Source of the DNA: Phycisphaera sp.
GTDB taxonomy: Bacteria; Planctomycetota; Phycisphaerae; Phycisphaerales; UBA1924
Length of the DNA stretch: 64,000 nt
Reading direction: 5' to 3'
Assembly (NCBI GenBank): GCA_003712165.1
Contig: RHLH01000001.1
Coordinates: forward strand, 1,459,575 to 1,523,574
The translations under genes were made by a program, and so were the position numbers. A model generated the notes under the pieces. That model made no database searches. It was not told the DNA's origin and saw only the letters and a list, made by a program, of their open reading frames with translations. Positions 9,813 through 23,343 of the stretch are shown piece after piece (the first letter of the stretch is position 1; each line of letters begins with the position of its first letter).

Positions 9813-10385
9813 TTACTGTGACGGGCTCTCAGCGTCGTCGTTCGGGCTCGAAACTGGATCAAGCCCCTCAACATCGACCTCGCTCTCTGAGAGCAGCATG
9901 TCCGAGTAGCTCACGCTCAGCATTTCACCAAGTGCCGGCTGGAGCTTTGATTTCAACTCGTGCACCTTCTCGTGGCAATCCCGCACGTTGTGCGCACGCG
10001 AGACGATCGCCTCGATCTCAAGGTAATCCCCGAGCCCGTCAACTCGGTCGAGATGCACACGCACGTTACCCGTGAGATAGAGAAGCCGCTGCTTGCGCAC
10101 GACGACCAGCACCGGGAGCGTGTCGGTGGCGAACCGCTGTCTCGCCGTCGGTTCGTCGTAGATCACGTAATGGCTCAGCCTCGCCTCGGCTTTGTTTGCG
10201 CGGTCGTAGAAAATGAACTCGGTGTCCTCGCCGGGTTGCTCACGCTTCTTCAGGCGCCCCGAGGGCACCTTGTAGTACGTATCAGTCTGCTCCAAAGCCT
10301 CGGCTTCGGTCGCGCCGATCGCGATACAGATCGACTTGGCAAGGTCATAATCGCGCAGCTCGGCTTTGAACTCGACATTGTGCAT
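9813..10385 (-). CDS. CYTH-domain protein (class IV adenylate cyclase CyaB / triphosphate tunnel metalloenzyme-like) with an acidic C-terminal tail
   Basis: 190 aa. N-terminal HNVEFKAEL (ExExK-type start of the CYTH tunnel), YYKVPSGRLKKRE, YLEIEAIV. It lies 9 nt downstream of the ligA stop on the same strand. Confidence 0.65.
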   Translation of the reverse strand: MHNVEFKAELRDYDLAKSICIAIGATEAEALEQTDTYYKVPSGRLKKREQPGEDTEFIFYDRANKAEARLSHYVIYDEPTARQRFATDTLPVLVVVRKQRLLYLTGNVRVHLDRVDGLGDYLEIEAIVSRAHNVRDCHEKVHELKSKLQPALGEMLSVSYSDMLLSESEVDVEGLDPVSSPNDDAESPSQ

Positions 10386-10394
10386 GCGAACAGC

Positions 10395-13551
<3,157 letters not shown>

Positions 13552-13593
13552 TCTGGTATTCTGGCACTTCTGGGCCCTCAGGCTGTACAAAGA

Positions 13594-13622
13594 TTGACAC
13601 CGCGGGAGGGTCCGACTTGAAT
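13594..13622 (+). promoter_or_regulatory. Candidate sigma70-type promoter for tatA (TTGACA-N17-TTGAAT)
   Basis: TTGACA at 13594-13599, a 17-nt spacer, then TTGAAT at 13617-13622, about 38 nt upstream of the tatA ATG. Confidence 0.35.
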
Positions 13623-13659
13623 CGCACGCTGGGCTCAGGGCCCCGCGAGAGGAGCCGAC

Positions 13660-13947
13660 ATGTCCACACTTGGTTTTCTGGGGAATCTTGGGCCGCTGGA
13701 AATCGGGGTGATCCTGCTGGTTGGGATCCTTCTGTTCGGCCGGAGACTGCCCGAGGTGGGCCGCGGGCTCGGCAAGAGCATTGTCGAGTTCAAGAAGGGC
13801 CTTAAGGATGTCACCGACGAGATCGATGACGCGACCAAGGAGGCCAAGAGCCTGCCCAAGGACGCCGAGGCAGCCCCGAAGCCCCTCGATTCGGACCCGT
13901 CCAAGTCAGAGGCCACGGTGAGCCGATCCGATCCCGTTGGGTCGTGA
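13660..13947 (+). CDS. tatA: Twin-arginine translocase subunit TatA/E
   Basis: 95 aa. N-terminal TM plus amphipathic helix: LGPLEIGVILLVGILLFGRRLPEVGRGLGKSIVEFKKG. Charged tail. Confidence 0.9.
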   Translation: MSTLGFLGNLGPLEIGVILLVGILLFGRRLPEVGRGLGKSIVEFKKGLKDVTDEIDDATKEAKSLPKDAEAAPKPLDSDPSKSEATVSRSDPVGS

Positions 13948-13999
13948 CTTTTGGGCTTGGCAGCATAGAGTCAGGGCCGCCTGATGGCGGCAAAGTTGC

Positions 14000-14074
14000 G
14001 GCGAGGTAGCTCAGCTGGTTTAGAGCGCTGGATTCATAACCCGGAGGTCGGGGGTTCAAGTCCCCCCCTCGCCA
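14000..14074 (+). tRNA. tRNA with CAU anticodon (elongator Met, or Ile2 if lysidine-modified)
   Basis: Hand-folded cloverleaf: acceptor GGCGAGG/CCTCGCC, D arm GCTC..GAGC, anticodon loop TTCATAA, T arm GGGGG-TTCAAGT-CCCCC, discriminator A. No encoded CCA. There is one A-C mismatch at the base of the anticodon stem. Confidence 0.85.
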
Positions 14075-14136
14075 CTTACATTCGTGCAACCGATGGTTAT
14101 TCGGACCCACTCGAGAATCCAGGCCCTCGTCTCCAG

Positions 14137-14157
14137 CACGCCGCTTCCGGCGTGTTT
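14137..14157 (+). terminator. Possible intrinsic terminator after the tRNA
   Basis: CACGCCG-cttc-CGGCGTG followed by TTT. Confidence 0.3.
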
Positions 14158-14211
14158 CGGCTATCGTGGTCCTGTCTCGATTGGGTATCCGGGTCGGAGT
14201 AGAGGGCATCG

Positions 14212-16140
14212 ATGAGCAAAGCGAGCAGAACTTTCAGCAATGCCCCGGCCGCCCTGTCGGTTCTGGCCCTCTGTGCCGGGCTGGCACTCGCACCAGCGAC
14301 GCTGGCCCAGGACGACAACACGCCGCCCCAAGCGACCCCCGAAGAAGTCGGGATTCTCGTCCAGGCCTACCCGTATAGCTCTCTCAGGCTCGTTTATGAC
14401 AAGGTGCACCCCGAAGTCCCACTGATCGAGTCGATGGCGGATTTGTCCGTCAGCATCGATACATCGAGCGAGACCCTCGACGCGGCTCCCAACGCTACCG
14501 GGGTTACGCTCGGGCAGGTGCTTTCGCTCAAAGATCGCAGGATCTCGGTCTCGGCGATCAACGAAATCTCGCGAACCGTCGTGGCGGAGCTCAACAGGCA
14601 GGGCATCGTGGGCGTGCTGGTTGCGCCGGACCCCTTTCAGATCAACCCGAATACCGCCGTCGATCTGCGAGAAGCTCCTGGCATTCTGAATCTCAAGATC
14701 TACGTCGGGGTCGTCACGAGTGTCCGCACGGTCGGCACGGGTGACCGCTTCAATGAAGAGCAGGTCGTTGACCACCCCGCGCACCGACGGATCTCGCTGC
14801 TCTCACCCGCGAAGCCCTACACAGAAGGCGACCGTGGGAAGCGTAAAGACCTGATCCGCAGTGATGTGCTCAACGCGTATGTGCACAGGCTCAACAGGCA
14901 TCCGTCGAGGCGAGTCGATCTCGCCGTCGCCGCGGCAACGGACGAGCAGGAAACGCCGAACGCGGTGACACTGGACTACCTCGTCCGCGAGTCAAAGCCT
15001 TGGCTGGCGTACGCCCAGTTATCCAATACCGGAACGGACGCGACAAACGAGTGGCGCGAGCGGTTTGGCTTTGTCCACAACCAGGTGACCAACCGTGACG
15101 ACGTCTTTCAGGCCGACTTCGTGACGTCGAGCTTCGACAACAGCTACGCGGCACTGGTTTCGTACGAAGCCCCGATCCCCGGGACAGACCTCATCCGTGT
15201 GAAGCTATTCGGTGACTGGAGCGATTACACCGCTGAAGACATCGGACTTCCGGGGCAGGATATCGACGGCACGGCAACGACTTTCGGCGGTGAAATCATC
15301 ACCAGCGTCTACCAGAAAGAATCCTACTTCGTTGATGCGTTCGTCGGTGTCAAGCACGAGAACGAGGATGTCTCGAACGATGTCGCGGGCTCGTCGGGAG
15401 ATACCGATTTCGTCATCGGCACCGTCGGGCTCCGCAGCGAGCAGCGTCTGCCGACTCGGTTCCTATTCTCTGAAGTCGCGATCGATCACACGCTTGACGG
15501 CGGTGCACCTGGTGAGATCCCGGGGCTTGGCCGGCTCCGCGCCGAGGATGAGTGGACGCTCTTCCGCTGGAACCTGAGCACGTCTTTCTTCCTGGAACCC
15601 CTGCTCGATCCGGACGGCTGGAAAGAAGAGGGTACGTTCGGCAGCAGGCTCGCCAACGAGCTCGCGTTCGGGTTCAACGGCCAGTACTCGTTTGGTGACA
15701 GGCTGATCCCGCAGCAGCAGCAGGTCGTGGGCGGCTTGTATTCGGTCCGCGGATACCCGCAGTCAGTCGCAGCGGGCGATACGGTGATCGTCGCGACGGC
15801 TGAGTACCGCATCCATATACCGCAGCTGCTTGGCACGTCCGCCGAGCCTGGGCAGCTGTTCGGCGAGCCATTTAGGTACAAGCCAGATCGGGCGTACGGC
15901 TACGCGGACTGGGATCTCGTTCTCGCGGGATTCGTAGATTACGGTCAGACCTACATCGAAGACGCGGACTCGACTGAGAACGAGGAGTCGCTGCTCGGTG
16001 CGGGCATCGGCCTCGGGTTCGAGTATCGAAGGTATCTCAGGGTTCGGGCTGACTGGGGTGTCGCGCTTGAGGACACCGATAACGGCGAGGTCGAGAGCGG
16101 TGATTCCGAGTTCCACTTTGTCGCCACGCTGGCATTCTGA
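14212..16140 (+). CDS. Two-partner secretion outer-membrane transporter (TpsB; ShlB/FhaC/HecB family)
   Basis: 642 aa with signal peptide ...LALCAGLALAPATLAQD. POTRA-like N-terminal half. Conserved GGLYSVRGYPQ block. C-terminal beta-barrel ending ...EFHFVATLAF (terminal Phe). Confidence 0.85.
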   Translation: MSKASRTFSNAPAALSVLALCAGLALAPATLAQDDNTPPQATPEEVGILVQAYPYSSLRLVYDKVHPEVPLIESMADLSVSIDTSSETLDAAPNATGVTLGQVLSLKDRRISVSAINEISRTVVAELNRQGIVGVLVAPDPFQINPNTAVDLREAPGILNLKIYVGVVTSVRTVGTGDRFNEEQVVDHPAHRRISLLSPAKPYTEGDRGKRKDLIRSDVLNAYVHRLNRHPSRRVDLAVAAATDEQETPNAVTLDYLVRESKPWLAYAQLSNTGTDATNEWRERFGFVHNQVTNRDDVFQADFVTSSFDNSYAALVSYEAPIPGTDLIRVKLFGDWSDYTAEDIGLPGQDIDGTATTFGGEIITSVYQKESYFVDAFVGVKHENEDVSNDVAGSSGDTDFVIGTVGLRSEQRLPTRFLFSEVAIDHTLDGGAPGEIPGLGRLRAEDEWTLFRWNLSTSFFLEPLLDPDGWKEEGTFGSRLANELAFGFNGQYSFGDRLIPQQQQVVGGLYSVRGYPQSVAAGDTVIVATAEYRIHIPQLLGTSAEPGQLFGEPFRYKPDRAYGYADWDLVLAGFVDYGQTYIEDADSTENEESLLGAGIGLGFEYRRYLRVRADWGVALEDTDNGEVESGDSEFHFVATLAF

Positions 16141-16155
16141 TCGCAGGAGTTCCTC

Positions 16156-19100
16156 ATGATCCGATCGAGCACAGCCAGAAAAGCCGCCACCCCGGTCATG
16201 CTTGCCATGCTCGCGGGCACCGCTGTCGGGGGCCCCGAGGGCGAGCAGGTCGTCGCTGGCCAGGCGGATTTCGTTCGCGACGGCGTCCTGACAGAGATCA
16301 CCGCCGCCGACAACACGATCATCAACTACCAGTCGTTCAACATCGGTGCCAACGAAACAGTGCGTTTCATCCAGCCCGGTGAGCAGGCACGCGTTCTCAA
16401 CCGCGTGCTGGGGCAGGACCCATCGCAAATCAACGGGTCGCTTCTCTCGAACGGTCATGTCTACCTCGTCAACGAGGCGGGCGTGTTCTTCGGGAACCAG
16501 GCGGTTGTCAATGTCGGCTCGATCACCGCTGCCGCGGGGACCATGACGGACGCAGACTTCCTTGGTGGTATCGATCGCTTTACCGGCATGACCGGAGCGA
16601 TCGAGAACCGCGGCGTGATCAACGCGGGCGAGGTGCACTTCGCGGGCCGGCTCGTGACAAATCTCGGATCTGTCTTCGCGCCTGAGGGTCTCGTCACGAT
16701 GTCCGCAGGTGACGATGTCTTGATCGGTGAGTTTGGGGGCCATCTTTTCGTCAGCGCATCAGGTGCGACGGAAGGGGGTGTTGAACAGCAGGGCGAGATC
16801 AACGCAGCCGGCGGCAGAGTCATGGTCGGTGCGGGGGACATGTTTTCGATCGCGATCGGGCCCGGTTCAACGACAAAGGCGGGCACCATCGACGTCCGCG
16901 GGGGCGAGGGATCGATTGTCACGGCGTCGGGCTCGCTCGATGTTTCGGACACCGCGCCAGGACGCATGGGCGGATCTGTCACGATCACCGGCGACGGCGT
17001 CGCGGTACTCGGCGCCGACATTGACGCATCGGGCGATGCCGGGGGCGGTCGTGTCTATATCGGTGGTGGTGTTCAGGGACAGGATGTCACGATCGAGAAC
17101 GCGAGCCGGGTGAACGTTGACGCGGAATCGACCATCAACGCCGATGCGATCAATTCAGGCAACGGCGGCGAAATCGTCCTCTGGTCCGACGACGCGACGC
17201 TCTTCTCTGGGAATATCTCAGCGCGGGGCGGGGAGCAGTCTGGCGATGGCGGGTTCGTCGAGGTTTCAAGCACGGGCTGGCTCGGTTTCTTCGGACACGT
17301 ATCGACTGGTGCTCCTAACGGTGAAGATGGTCTGCTTCTGCTTGATCCGGTCAACATCAACATCATCTCCGGCGCTGCCGGGACGGGAGCGGACGACGCG
17401 CTCCTGGACGACAATCAACTCCCGGCGAGCGATGCGGCTGGCCTGGATGTCCAGATCTCCGACGGCACTATTGAGGCCCTCAATGACACCGATATCCTGA
17501 TCGCCGCAACCGGTAACATCGCGATTGCAAATCTCGTTGATGGCGAGTTGGCGTTACCCGTGACATCGGGCAACACGTTTACGTTCAACGCTGGCGACAC
17601 GTTTGCGATGGCTGGCCAGAACACGATTACAACCGCAGGCGGGAACCTCTCGGTCACGGGTGTCAACGGCATCCAGATTCCGGGCATCAACACCGCCGGC
17701 GGCGACCTCACACTCCAATCCAACGGCATGATCCGGATGCTGCGCAGCATCGATGATGCTGGATTACTCACGATCAACGCTTTGGGTGGAGATCGGAGGG
17801 TCGAGCTCGCAGGGGCGACGTTCGACTCACTCGATCTCGATGCTGATGAGCTGAGCCTCTCGGGTTCGCTGTTCTCTTCTTCGGCGCTCGACCTGACCGG
17901 ACTCATGCGAATCGAGTCGATCAATCCGCAGGCGAACGTGTCGATCGCTGCTGTCGACGGAGTTGACGCGTTTGATATCGATATCGACCCCTCAACAACG
18001 ATCACTGGCCCGGGTGGCATGCGGTTCGTCGCACGGACACTCTCGCTGTTCGATGTCTCGGGCTTGTCGCAACTCCAGGTGACGACGACAGAGGGGCTCT
18101 CACTCGGCGGCAACTTCCGGATGGACAACGCCGAGACAGGGCTTGGTGGGCTCGTCGATCTAAGCGACGCCGGAACAATTACTCTCGTGTCGGATGTGCT
18201 CATCGATACGGATGTTCCGGGCATCGACGAGATGGCCGGTGACATTATCCTCGACGGAGCAATCGTTCGAGCATCGACTCCCGGCGTGCAGACGCTGACT
18301 CTCGACGCGAATTCATTTGATAAGGACGCCAACGACGGCCGGATTGTGCTGGGTGATTTCAGCCCATCCAGCCAGGTAGGCAACATCGCGCTCTTCGGCG
18401 GCGAGCTCGTGCTCATGGGCGACGTGTTTGCTCCTGGCGGGCTCGATCTGTCGCGGATGCAGTCGCTCAATGTCGCAGGCGATGTGACTATCAACACACG
18501 GGGCGGCAATCTCACCCTTGGTGATCGCGGCCTCGACGGCGTCGGCAACCTCATCATCGATCTCGACACGGACATGGGAGATTCGGGGTTCCTGCTGACC
18601 GATGCGGAGATCGGAGGCGAGACGCCGCTCGGCTCGCTCACCATCTTTGCAAACCAGATACATGTTCCCGAGGTCACCACCAGCGGCGATCAGCTTTACC
18701 GCGGGCAAGAGATCTTCATCAGCGAAGACCTCGTCAGTCAGGGCGGGACGATCACATTCGGGAGCGAAACCCGTATTCTGGAAGACGTCGAGCTCGAGTC
18801 GATCGGCGGCACCATCCGGTTTGCCGAACGCGTCGCCGGCCAGGGCAACCTTGTGACAATGACCGAGACAGGCGCGACTGTGTTTGAGAAGAGTGTCTTT
18901 CTGCCGAGCCTTACCGCGATGGGTGATGTTCGGTTCGATGGAACTGCGCAGAACATCATCATCACGAACGACATCGTGCTCGGTGAAGAGATCGGTCGAG
19001 ACCGGATCGATCTTGCCGTTGGAACAAAGGTTATCCGCTCTGAGATGGGCGATGTGATCTTCAACGGGCCGGTCAATGGGCCCGCGAATCTAACCGTCGC

Positions 19101-20442
19101 AGCCGGACCCGGTGACACGAGCGACGATGTCCCGGTCGTCAGATTCGGTTCCAACGTGGGCGGCGCCGAGAGCCTCGCGTCACTCACACTGGGTGACGGC
19201 AACGCGTTCATCCCGCGGGTTGCGACCATCGTCGCGGCGAACTTCGATGAGGACGGCGAGCCGCTTGCGGATCAGTCGTTCACGTTCCGCACGACTGGCA
19301 ACCTTTCCATGGGGCAGAACGAGAAGCTCACTGTTCTCGGCTCACTCCTGATCGAGTCGATTTCTGGTGTTGTTACGCTCTCCGACGTCACATCGGTTGG
19401 GGATATGCGGTTTAACGCACCCCGCATCGACGTCCTCTCCAGAGCGGCGAGCACGGTCTTCGAGGTTGATCCCACGCAGGACCCGGTTGTACTGCTCGAC
19501 CAAGACGGCAGGACAGATACCGGCGTGGATATCGTCACGGGTGGCAGTGTTATCTTCGACTCCCCGGATATCCGCGTGATCGGTTCGGGGTTTGCGCAGC
19601 CCGTGATCGCTGAGCCCCTGGGTGAGATCAAGATCGACGGGTTCCAGACACGAGCATCGAACGAGTTGACGCTTGAGCAGTTGTACTTCAACCGCCGGAC
19701 CGGAACCGGAGGCGGTGCGATGCGCGACGAGACGACCGTGCTCGACGCGAGAGCCACCGGGTCGGTCACCGTGCCGCTGGCTCAGGGGTTGCCGCCCGAG
19801 CATGCGCAATTCACCGAGGCATCCGAAACTGCTGAAGGGATCTTGGAGCCAAACCCGAGTTCGGGCAAGCTTCCTGAAGGTGACCAGGGCGGCGTCATGC
19901 TGCGTTCAACAAACGCGCGTGAGAGGCAACTCGCGAGCGAGGGCGTGATCTGGCACATTGATCTCGCGGAGAGTGTTAGGCCTGACGCGGGGGACTTCCA
20001 GATCGCTTCAGGCAGACTGAAACAGGCCATGGTGCGTGAGTTCCGCGGCTCGTGGAACTCGCTTGCCGTCGCGCTCGGTGTCGAGAAGGGCGACCGTGAT
20101 GAAATGCTCTCGCGAGTTCGATCGCTGCTCGGTGTCGCGGTCGATCAGTACAAGCGGTCCTCCGGTGAGCGTTTCGTAGATCCGCAGCATTTCGCGCTCT
20201 TTGCGGACCTGCGCTCGGCAAACAAGGATGCCTGGATCGCATTGGGTTACATCGCCTCGATCATCGAATCGGGCGACAATCTCGGCATGACCCCCAGGGA
20301 AACTGTGAGGTTCCGCAACGGCGTGCTCAACGCGATCAAGCCAAACGGCATCGACCGGGTCGATCTCGCCAGACTCGTCGAGTACGCGGGGCAGTCAGAT
20401 GCTCAGCAAGCGAATATTGAGGCCCCGGAGGGGCAACGCTAG
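16156..20442 (+). CDS. TpsA exoprotein (filamentous haemagglutinin-type beta-helix) with a non-repetitive helical C-terminal region
   Basis: 1428 aa. N-terminal TPS secretion domain: TEITAADNTIINYQSFNIGANETVRFIQP...RVLNRVLG..PSQINGSLLSNGHVYLVNEAGVFFG. Long Gly/Asn/Asp/Thr-rich beta-helix. It lies 15 nt after tpsB. Confidence 0.85.
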   Translation: MIRSSTARKAATPVMLAMLAGTAVGGPEGEQVVAGQADFVRDGVLTEITAADNTIINYQSFNIGANETVRFIQPGEQARVLNRVLGQDPSQINGSLLSNGHVYLVNEAGVFFGNQAVVNVGSITAAAGTMTDADFLGGIDRFTGMTGAIENRGVINAGEVHFAGRLVTNLGSVFAPEGLVTMSAGDDVLIGEFGGHLFVSASGATEGGVEQQGEINAAGGRVMVGAGDMFSIAIGPGSTTKAGTIDVRGGEGSIVTASGSLDVSDTAPGRMGGSVTITGDGVAVLGADIDASGDAGGGRVYIGGGVQGQDVTIENASRVNVDAESTINADAINSGNGGEIVLWSDDATLFSGNISARGGEQSGDGGFVEVSSTGWLGFFGHVSTGAPNGEDGLLLLDPVNINIISGAAGTGADDALLDDNQLPASDAAGLDVQISDGTIEALNDTDILIAATGNIAIANLVDGELALPVTSGNTFTFNAGDTFAMAGQNTITTAGGNLSVTGVNGIQIPGINTAGGDLTLQSNGMIRMLRSIDDAGLLTINALGGDRRVELAGATFDSLDLDADELSLSGSLFSSSALDLTGLMRIESINPQANVSIAAVDGVDAFDIDIDPSTTITGPGGMRFVARTLSLFDVSGLSQLQVTTTEGLSLGGNFRMDNAETGLGGLVDLSDAGTITLVSDVLIDTDVPGIDEMAGDIILDGAIVRASTPGVQTLTLDANSFDKDANDGRIVLGDFSPSSQVGNIALFGGELVLMGDVFAPGGLDLSRMQSLNVAGDVTINTRGGNLTLGDRGLDGVGNLIIDLDTDMGDSGFLLTDAEIGGETPLGSLTIFANQIHVPEVTTSGDQLYRGQEIFISEDLVSQGGTITFGSETRILEDVELESIGGTIRFAERVAGQGNLVTMTETGATVFEKSVFLPSLTAMGDVRFDGTAQNIIITNDIVLGEEIGRDRIDLAVGTKVIRSEMGDVIFNGPVNGPANLTVAAGPGDTSDDVPVVRFGSNVGGAESLASLTLGDGNAFIPRVATIVAANFDEDGEPLADQSFTFRTTGNLSMGQNEKLTVLGSLLIESISGVVTLSDVTSVGDMRFNAPRIDVLSRAASTVFEVDPTQDPVVLLDQDGRTDTGVDIVTGGSVIFDSPDIRVIGSGFAQPVIAEPLGEIKIDGFQTRASNELTLEQLYFNRRTGTGGGAMRDETTVLDARATGSVTVPLAQGLPPEHAQFTEASETAEGILEPNPSSGKLPEGDQGGVMLRSTNARERQLASEGVIWHIDLAESVRPDAGDFQIASGRLKQAMVREFRGSWNSLAVALGVEKGDRDEMLSRVRSLLGVAVDQYKRSSGERFVDPQHFALFADLRSANKDAWIALGYIASIIESGDNLGMTPRETVRFRNGVLNAIKPNGIDRVDLARLVEYAGQSDAQQANIEAPEGQR

Positions 20443-20513
20443 ACTTATATCTCTCGCCCGATACGCCGGCTCTCGGTGTTTGGTTGAGCGATCCAGGATA
20501 ACGGAGGCATCCG

Positions 20514-22301
20514 ATGAAGAAGCCTGCAAGGTTGTTGACAGTACTCGCAGCGAACGCGGTACTCGCAGTAGGGGCACTCTCTGCTGCGGCACAGGAGAAA
20601 GTCGTCCAGTTGCCGATCCGCACGGACGGACCCAAGAGTCTCGATCCCGCTGTAGGATCCACGACCTATGACAATATGGCCTGTGCGCAGATCTACGAGA
20701 CCCTGCTCACGTACAAGTATGCCAATCCGTACGAACTCGAGCCGCTTCTGCTGACGGAGATGCCAACCACCGAGGACAACGGCAAGACTTGGCGCTTTAC
20801 GCTCAAGCAGGGCGTGTTCTTCCACGACGACGAGTGTTTCCCGGGCGGCAAGGGCCGTCAGGTTGTCACGGATGATGTTTTCTATTCGCTCAAGCGGCTC
20901 GCCGATGCGAAGAACCAGTTGAAGAACTGGTGGCTGCTCAAAGACACGATCGAGGGGTTCGACGAGTATAAGGACGAGCAGAATGCCTCCGTTGATGCCG
21001 GTGGGGTATTCGACTACGACGCGCCGGTTTCGGGCTTTCGGAAGATCGACGACCAGCAGTTCGAGATTGTTCTCAAGCAGCCCGTGTACCGGTTCCTCTA
21101 CATCCTCGCGATGTTCCAGACATCGATCGTGCCGATGGAAGCAGTGGAGCATTATGGAGAGGACGACTTTGCTTTCAACCCGGTAGGTACGGGGCCATTC
21201 ATTCTCGACGAGTGGATCCCCAAGAAGAGCCTGACCGCGGATCGGAATCCGAACTACCACGAGGTGCTCTACCCGGCCGAGGATCAGTGGTCGCGAGACG
21301 ATCGCCGAAACAGGCTTCACCGCGCTGCGGGCCAGGCCGTGCCCTTTGTGGATCGCATCGAGTTCACCATGTTCGTTGAGGACCAGCCAATGTGGCTGCG
21401 GTTCCAGGCGGGCGACATCGGTCTGACCCAGGTTCCCGCGGAGTACTTTGAGCAGGCTTTCGATGGCCGGACCAAGCGGCTATTGCCTGAAACTCGTGAA
21501 CTGGGAGTTCGCCACCAGGTCGTCCCGCTCCTCGATTTCATCTTCCGCGGATTCAATATGGAAGACGAGTTGCTCGGAGGCTACACCGAGGAGAAGCGGG
21601 CGCTGCGGCAGGCGATCAACCTCGCGATTGATCTCGACGAGTTCAGCGAAACGTTCTACCAGGGAAACACCATCCAGTATGACGGGCCAATCCCGCCCGA
21701 TCTCGAAGGCTACCCCGAGGGTGGTACGGCGCCCGTAAGCTATCGCGGACCCGACCGTGAACGTGCTAGACAGAAACTTGCTGAAGCCGGGTACCCCAAT
21801 GGAGAGGGCCTGCCCCCGATCCGGTTCTACACCAGCCGGGGCGGCAACAACGCAGAACAGGTCGAAATGCTCAAGCGTCAACTCGCTGAGGTCAACATCC
21901 AGCTCGACGCCCAGCTTGTTGATTTCTCGACGCTGATCGAGTTTACGAACCTCAAGAAAGCACCCATGTTCGGTTTCGCGTGGTCGAGCGACTACCCTGA
22001 CGCGGAGAACAACCTCGCGTTGTTCTACTCCCCCAACGAGTCGCCCGGTTCCAACCACTACAACTACAAGCGTGCGGATTACGATGCGATGTACGAGCAG
22101 ATCCTCACTATGGAGCCCAGCTCCGAGCGGACTGAGATCTACATCCGCATGCGGGACATGCTTATCGAAGACGTGCCCTACATCGGATCCATGGCGCGCA
22201 CACGGTACTACCTCATCAATCCGTGGCTCCTCAACTGCAAGCCCACGGAGCGGTATTACGGCTGGTTCAAGTTCCTCGACGTCGACGACTCAAAGCGGTA
22301 A
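20514..22301 (+). CDS. ABC transporter substrate-binding protein, family 5 (Opp/Dpp/Nik type)
   Basis: 595 aa with signal peptide MKKPARLLTVLAANAVLAVGALSAAAQE. Typical SBP5 blocks (LDPA.., TWRFTLKQGVFFHDD, NPNYH). GGAGG RBS. Confidence 0.88.
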   Translation: MKKPARLLTVLAANAVLAVGALSAAAQEKVVQLPIRTDGPKSLDPAVGSTTYDNMACAQIYETLLTYKYANPYELEPLLLTEMPTTEDNGKTWRFTLKQGVFFHDDECFPGGKGRQVVTDDVFYSLKRLADAKNQLKNWWLLKDTIEGFDEYKDEQNASVDAGGVFDYDAPVSGFRKIDDQQFEIVLKQPVYRFLYILAMFQTSIVPMEAVEHYGEDDFAFNPVGTGPFILDEWIPKKSLTADRNPNYHEVLYPAEDQWSRDDRRNRLHRAAGQAVPFVDRIEFTMFVEDQPMWLRFQAGDIGLTQVPAEYFEQAFDGRTKRLLPETRELGVRHQVVPLLDFIFRGFNMEDELLGGYTEEKRALRQAINLAIDLDEFSETFYQGNTIQYDGPIPPDLEGYPEGGTAPVSYRGPDRERARQKLAEAGYPNGEGLPPIRFYTSRGGNNAEQVEMLKRQLAEVNIQLDAQLVDFSTLIEFTNLKKAPMFGFAWSSDYPDAENNLALFYSPNESPGSNHYNYKRADYDAMYEQILTMEPSSERTEIYIRMRDMLIEDVPYIGSMARTRYYLINPWLLNCKPTERYYGWFKFLDVDDSKR

Positions 22302-22350
22302 GACGCGTGCCGGCGGCAGCCCGCCGGAACGTTAGAAGGGAGACTGCCGC

Positions 22351-23343
22351 ATGTGGTCGTACATTCTCAGGCGCCTGCTGTACAACATACCGGTGTACCT
22401 TGGCATCATTCTTCTTGTGATGCTGGCGCTGCGCGTCAATGACCCGGTGACCGCTTATCTGGGTAAGAACGCTACCGAGGAGCAGTACAACACCATCAAG
22501 GAAGACTTTGGTCTTGACCGCCCGTTCTACGAGCAATACGCCTCGACCGTCTGGAATATCGTCACCCTCGATTTCTCTGCACGGTCATGGGAGCAGAAAA
22601 GGCCCGTGGGCGAGCTCATCTCAACCGCGGTGCCCGCAACGACCATGATCACGGTTCCGGCACTTCTGATAACCGCCGCGATCTCGATCCTGATCGGGTT
22701 GATCTGTTCGTTCTACAGGGGGAGGATCGCCGACCAGACACTGATGCTGCTCGCCGTGCTGGGGATGAGCGTGAGCTTCCTCGTTTACATCATCATCGGG
22801 CAGTATTTCGGCGGATACAGGCTGGGGCAGGAGGCGGGGCTTGTGCCCTTCGACATCGAAGGGTACGACGTACGACTCTCGACGCTCGGGTTTTGGGCCA
22901 GCTCTCCGATCGAGGCAGTGCAGACATGGCTGCAATACTGCGGGCTGCCCGTGCTGATCAGCGTCATCGTTGCTATGGGCTATGACACGAGGTTCTACCG
23001 CGCAGTCATGGTCGAAGAAACAGGCCGGGACTACATCACTACCGCAAGGGCAAAGGGGGCCGGCAGTCGCAAGATCATGTTTGTTCACATGCTCAAGAAC
23101 GCCATGATCCCGATCATCACACGTGTCATGATCAGCCTGCCCTTCCTCATCGTGGGCTCGATCCTGCTTGAGGTCTTCTTCTCGATTCCAGGTATGGGCC
23201 GCGCACTTATCACCGCGATCAACGCCAAGGACTTCCCCGTGGTTGAGTACATGTCCGCACTGTTCGCAGCGGTCGTGATTCTGACCGTGATCCTGACGGA
23301 TGTGCTATACGCCGTAGTTGATCCGAGAGTGAGGCTTTCTTGA
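22351..23343 (+). CDS. ABC transporter permease (DppB/OppB type)
   Basis: 330 aa. Starts MWSYILRRLLYNIPVYLGIILLVMLAL. EAA-loop region DYITTARAKGAGSRKIMFVHMLKNAMIP. Confidence 0.9.
   Translation: MWSYILRRLLYNIPVYLGIILLVMLALRVNDPVTAYLGKNATEEQYNTIKEDFGLDRPFYEQYASTVWNIVTLDFSARSWEQKRPVGELISTAVPATTMITVPALLITAAISILIGLICSFYRGRIADQTLMLLAVLGMSVSFLVYIIIGQYFGGYRLGQEAGLVPFDIEGYDVRLSTLGFWASSPIEAVQTWLQYCGLPVLISVIVAMGYDTRFYRAVMVEETGRDYITTARAKGAGSRKIMFVHMLKNAMIPIITRVMISLPFLIVGSILLEVFFSIPGMGRALITAINAKDFPVVEYMSALFAAVVILTVILTDVLYAVVDPRVRLS

Noticed and set aside
19678-20442. TpsA C-terminus as a CDI-type toxin with a downstream immunity gene
   Set aside because: There is no VENN or pretoxin motif, and no small ORF lies between the TpsA stop (20442) and the ABC substrate-binding gene (20514).
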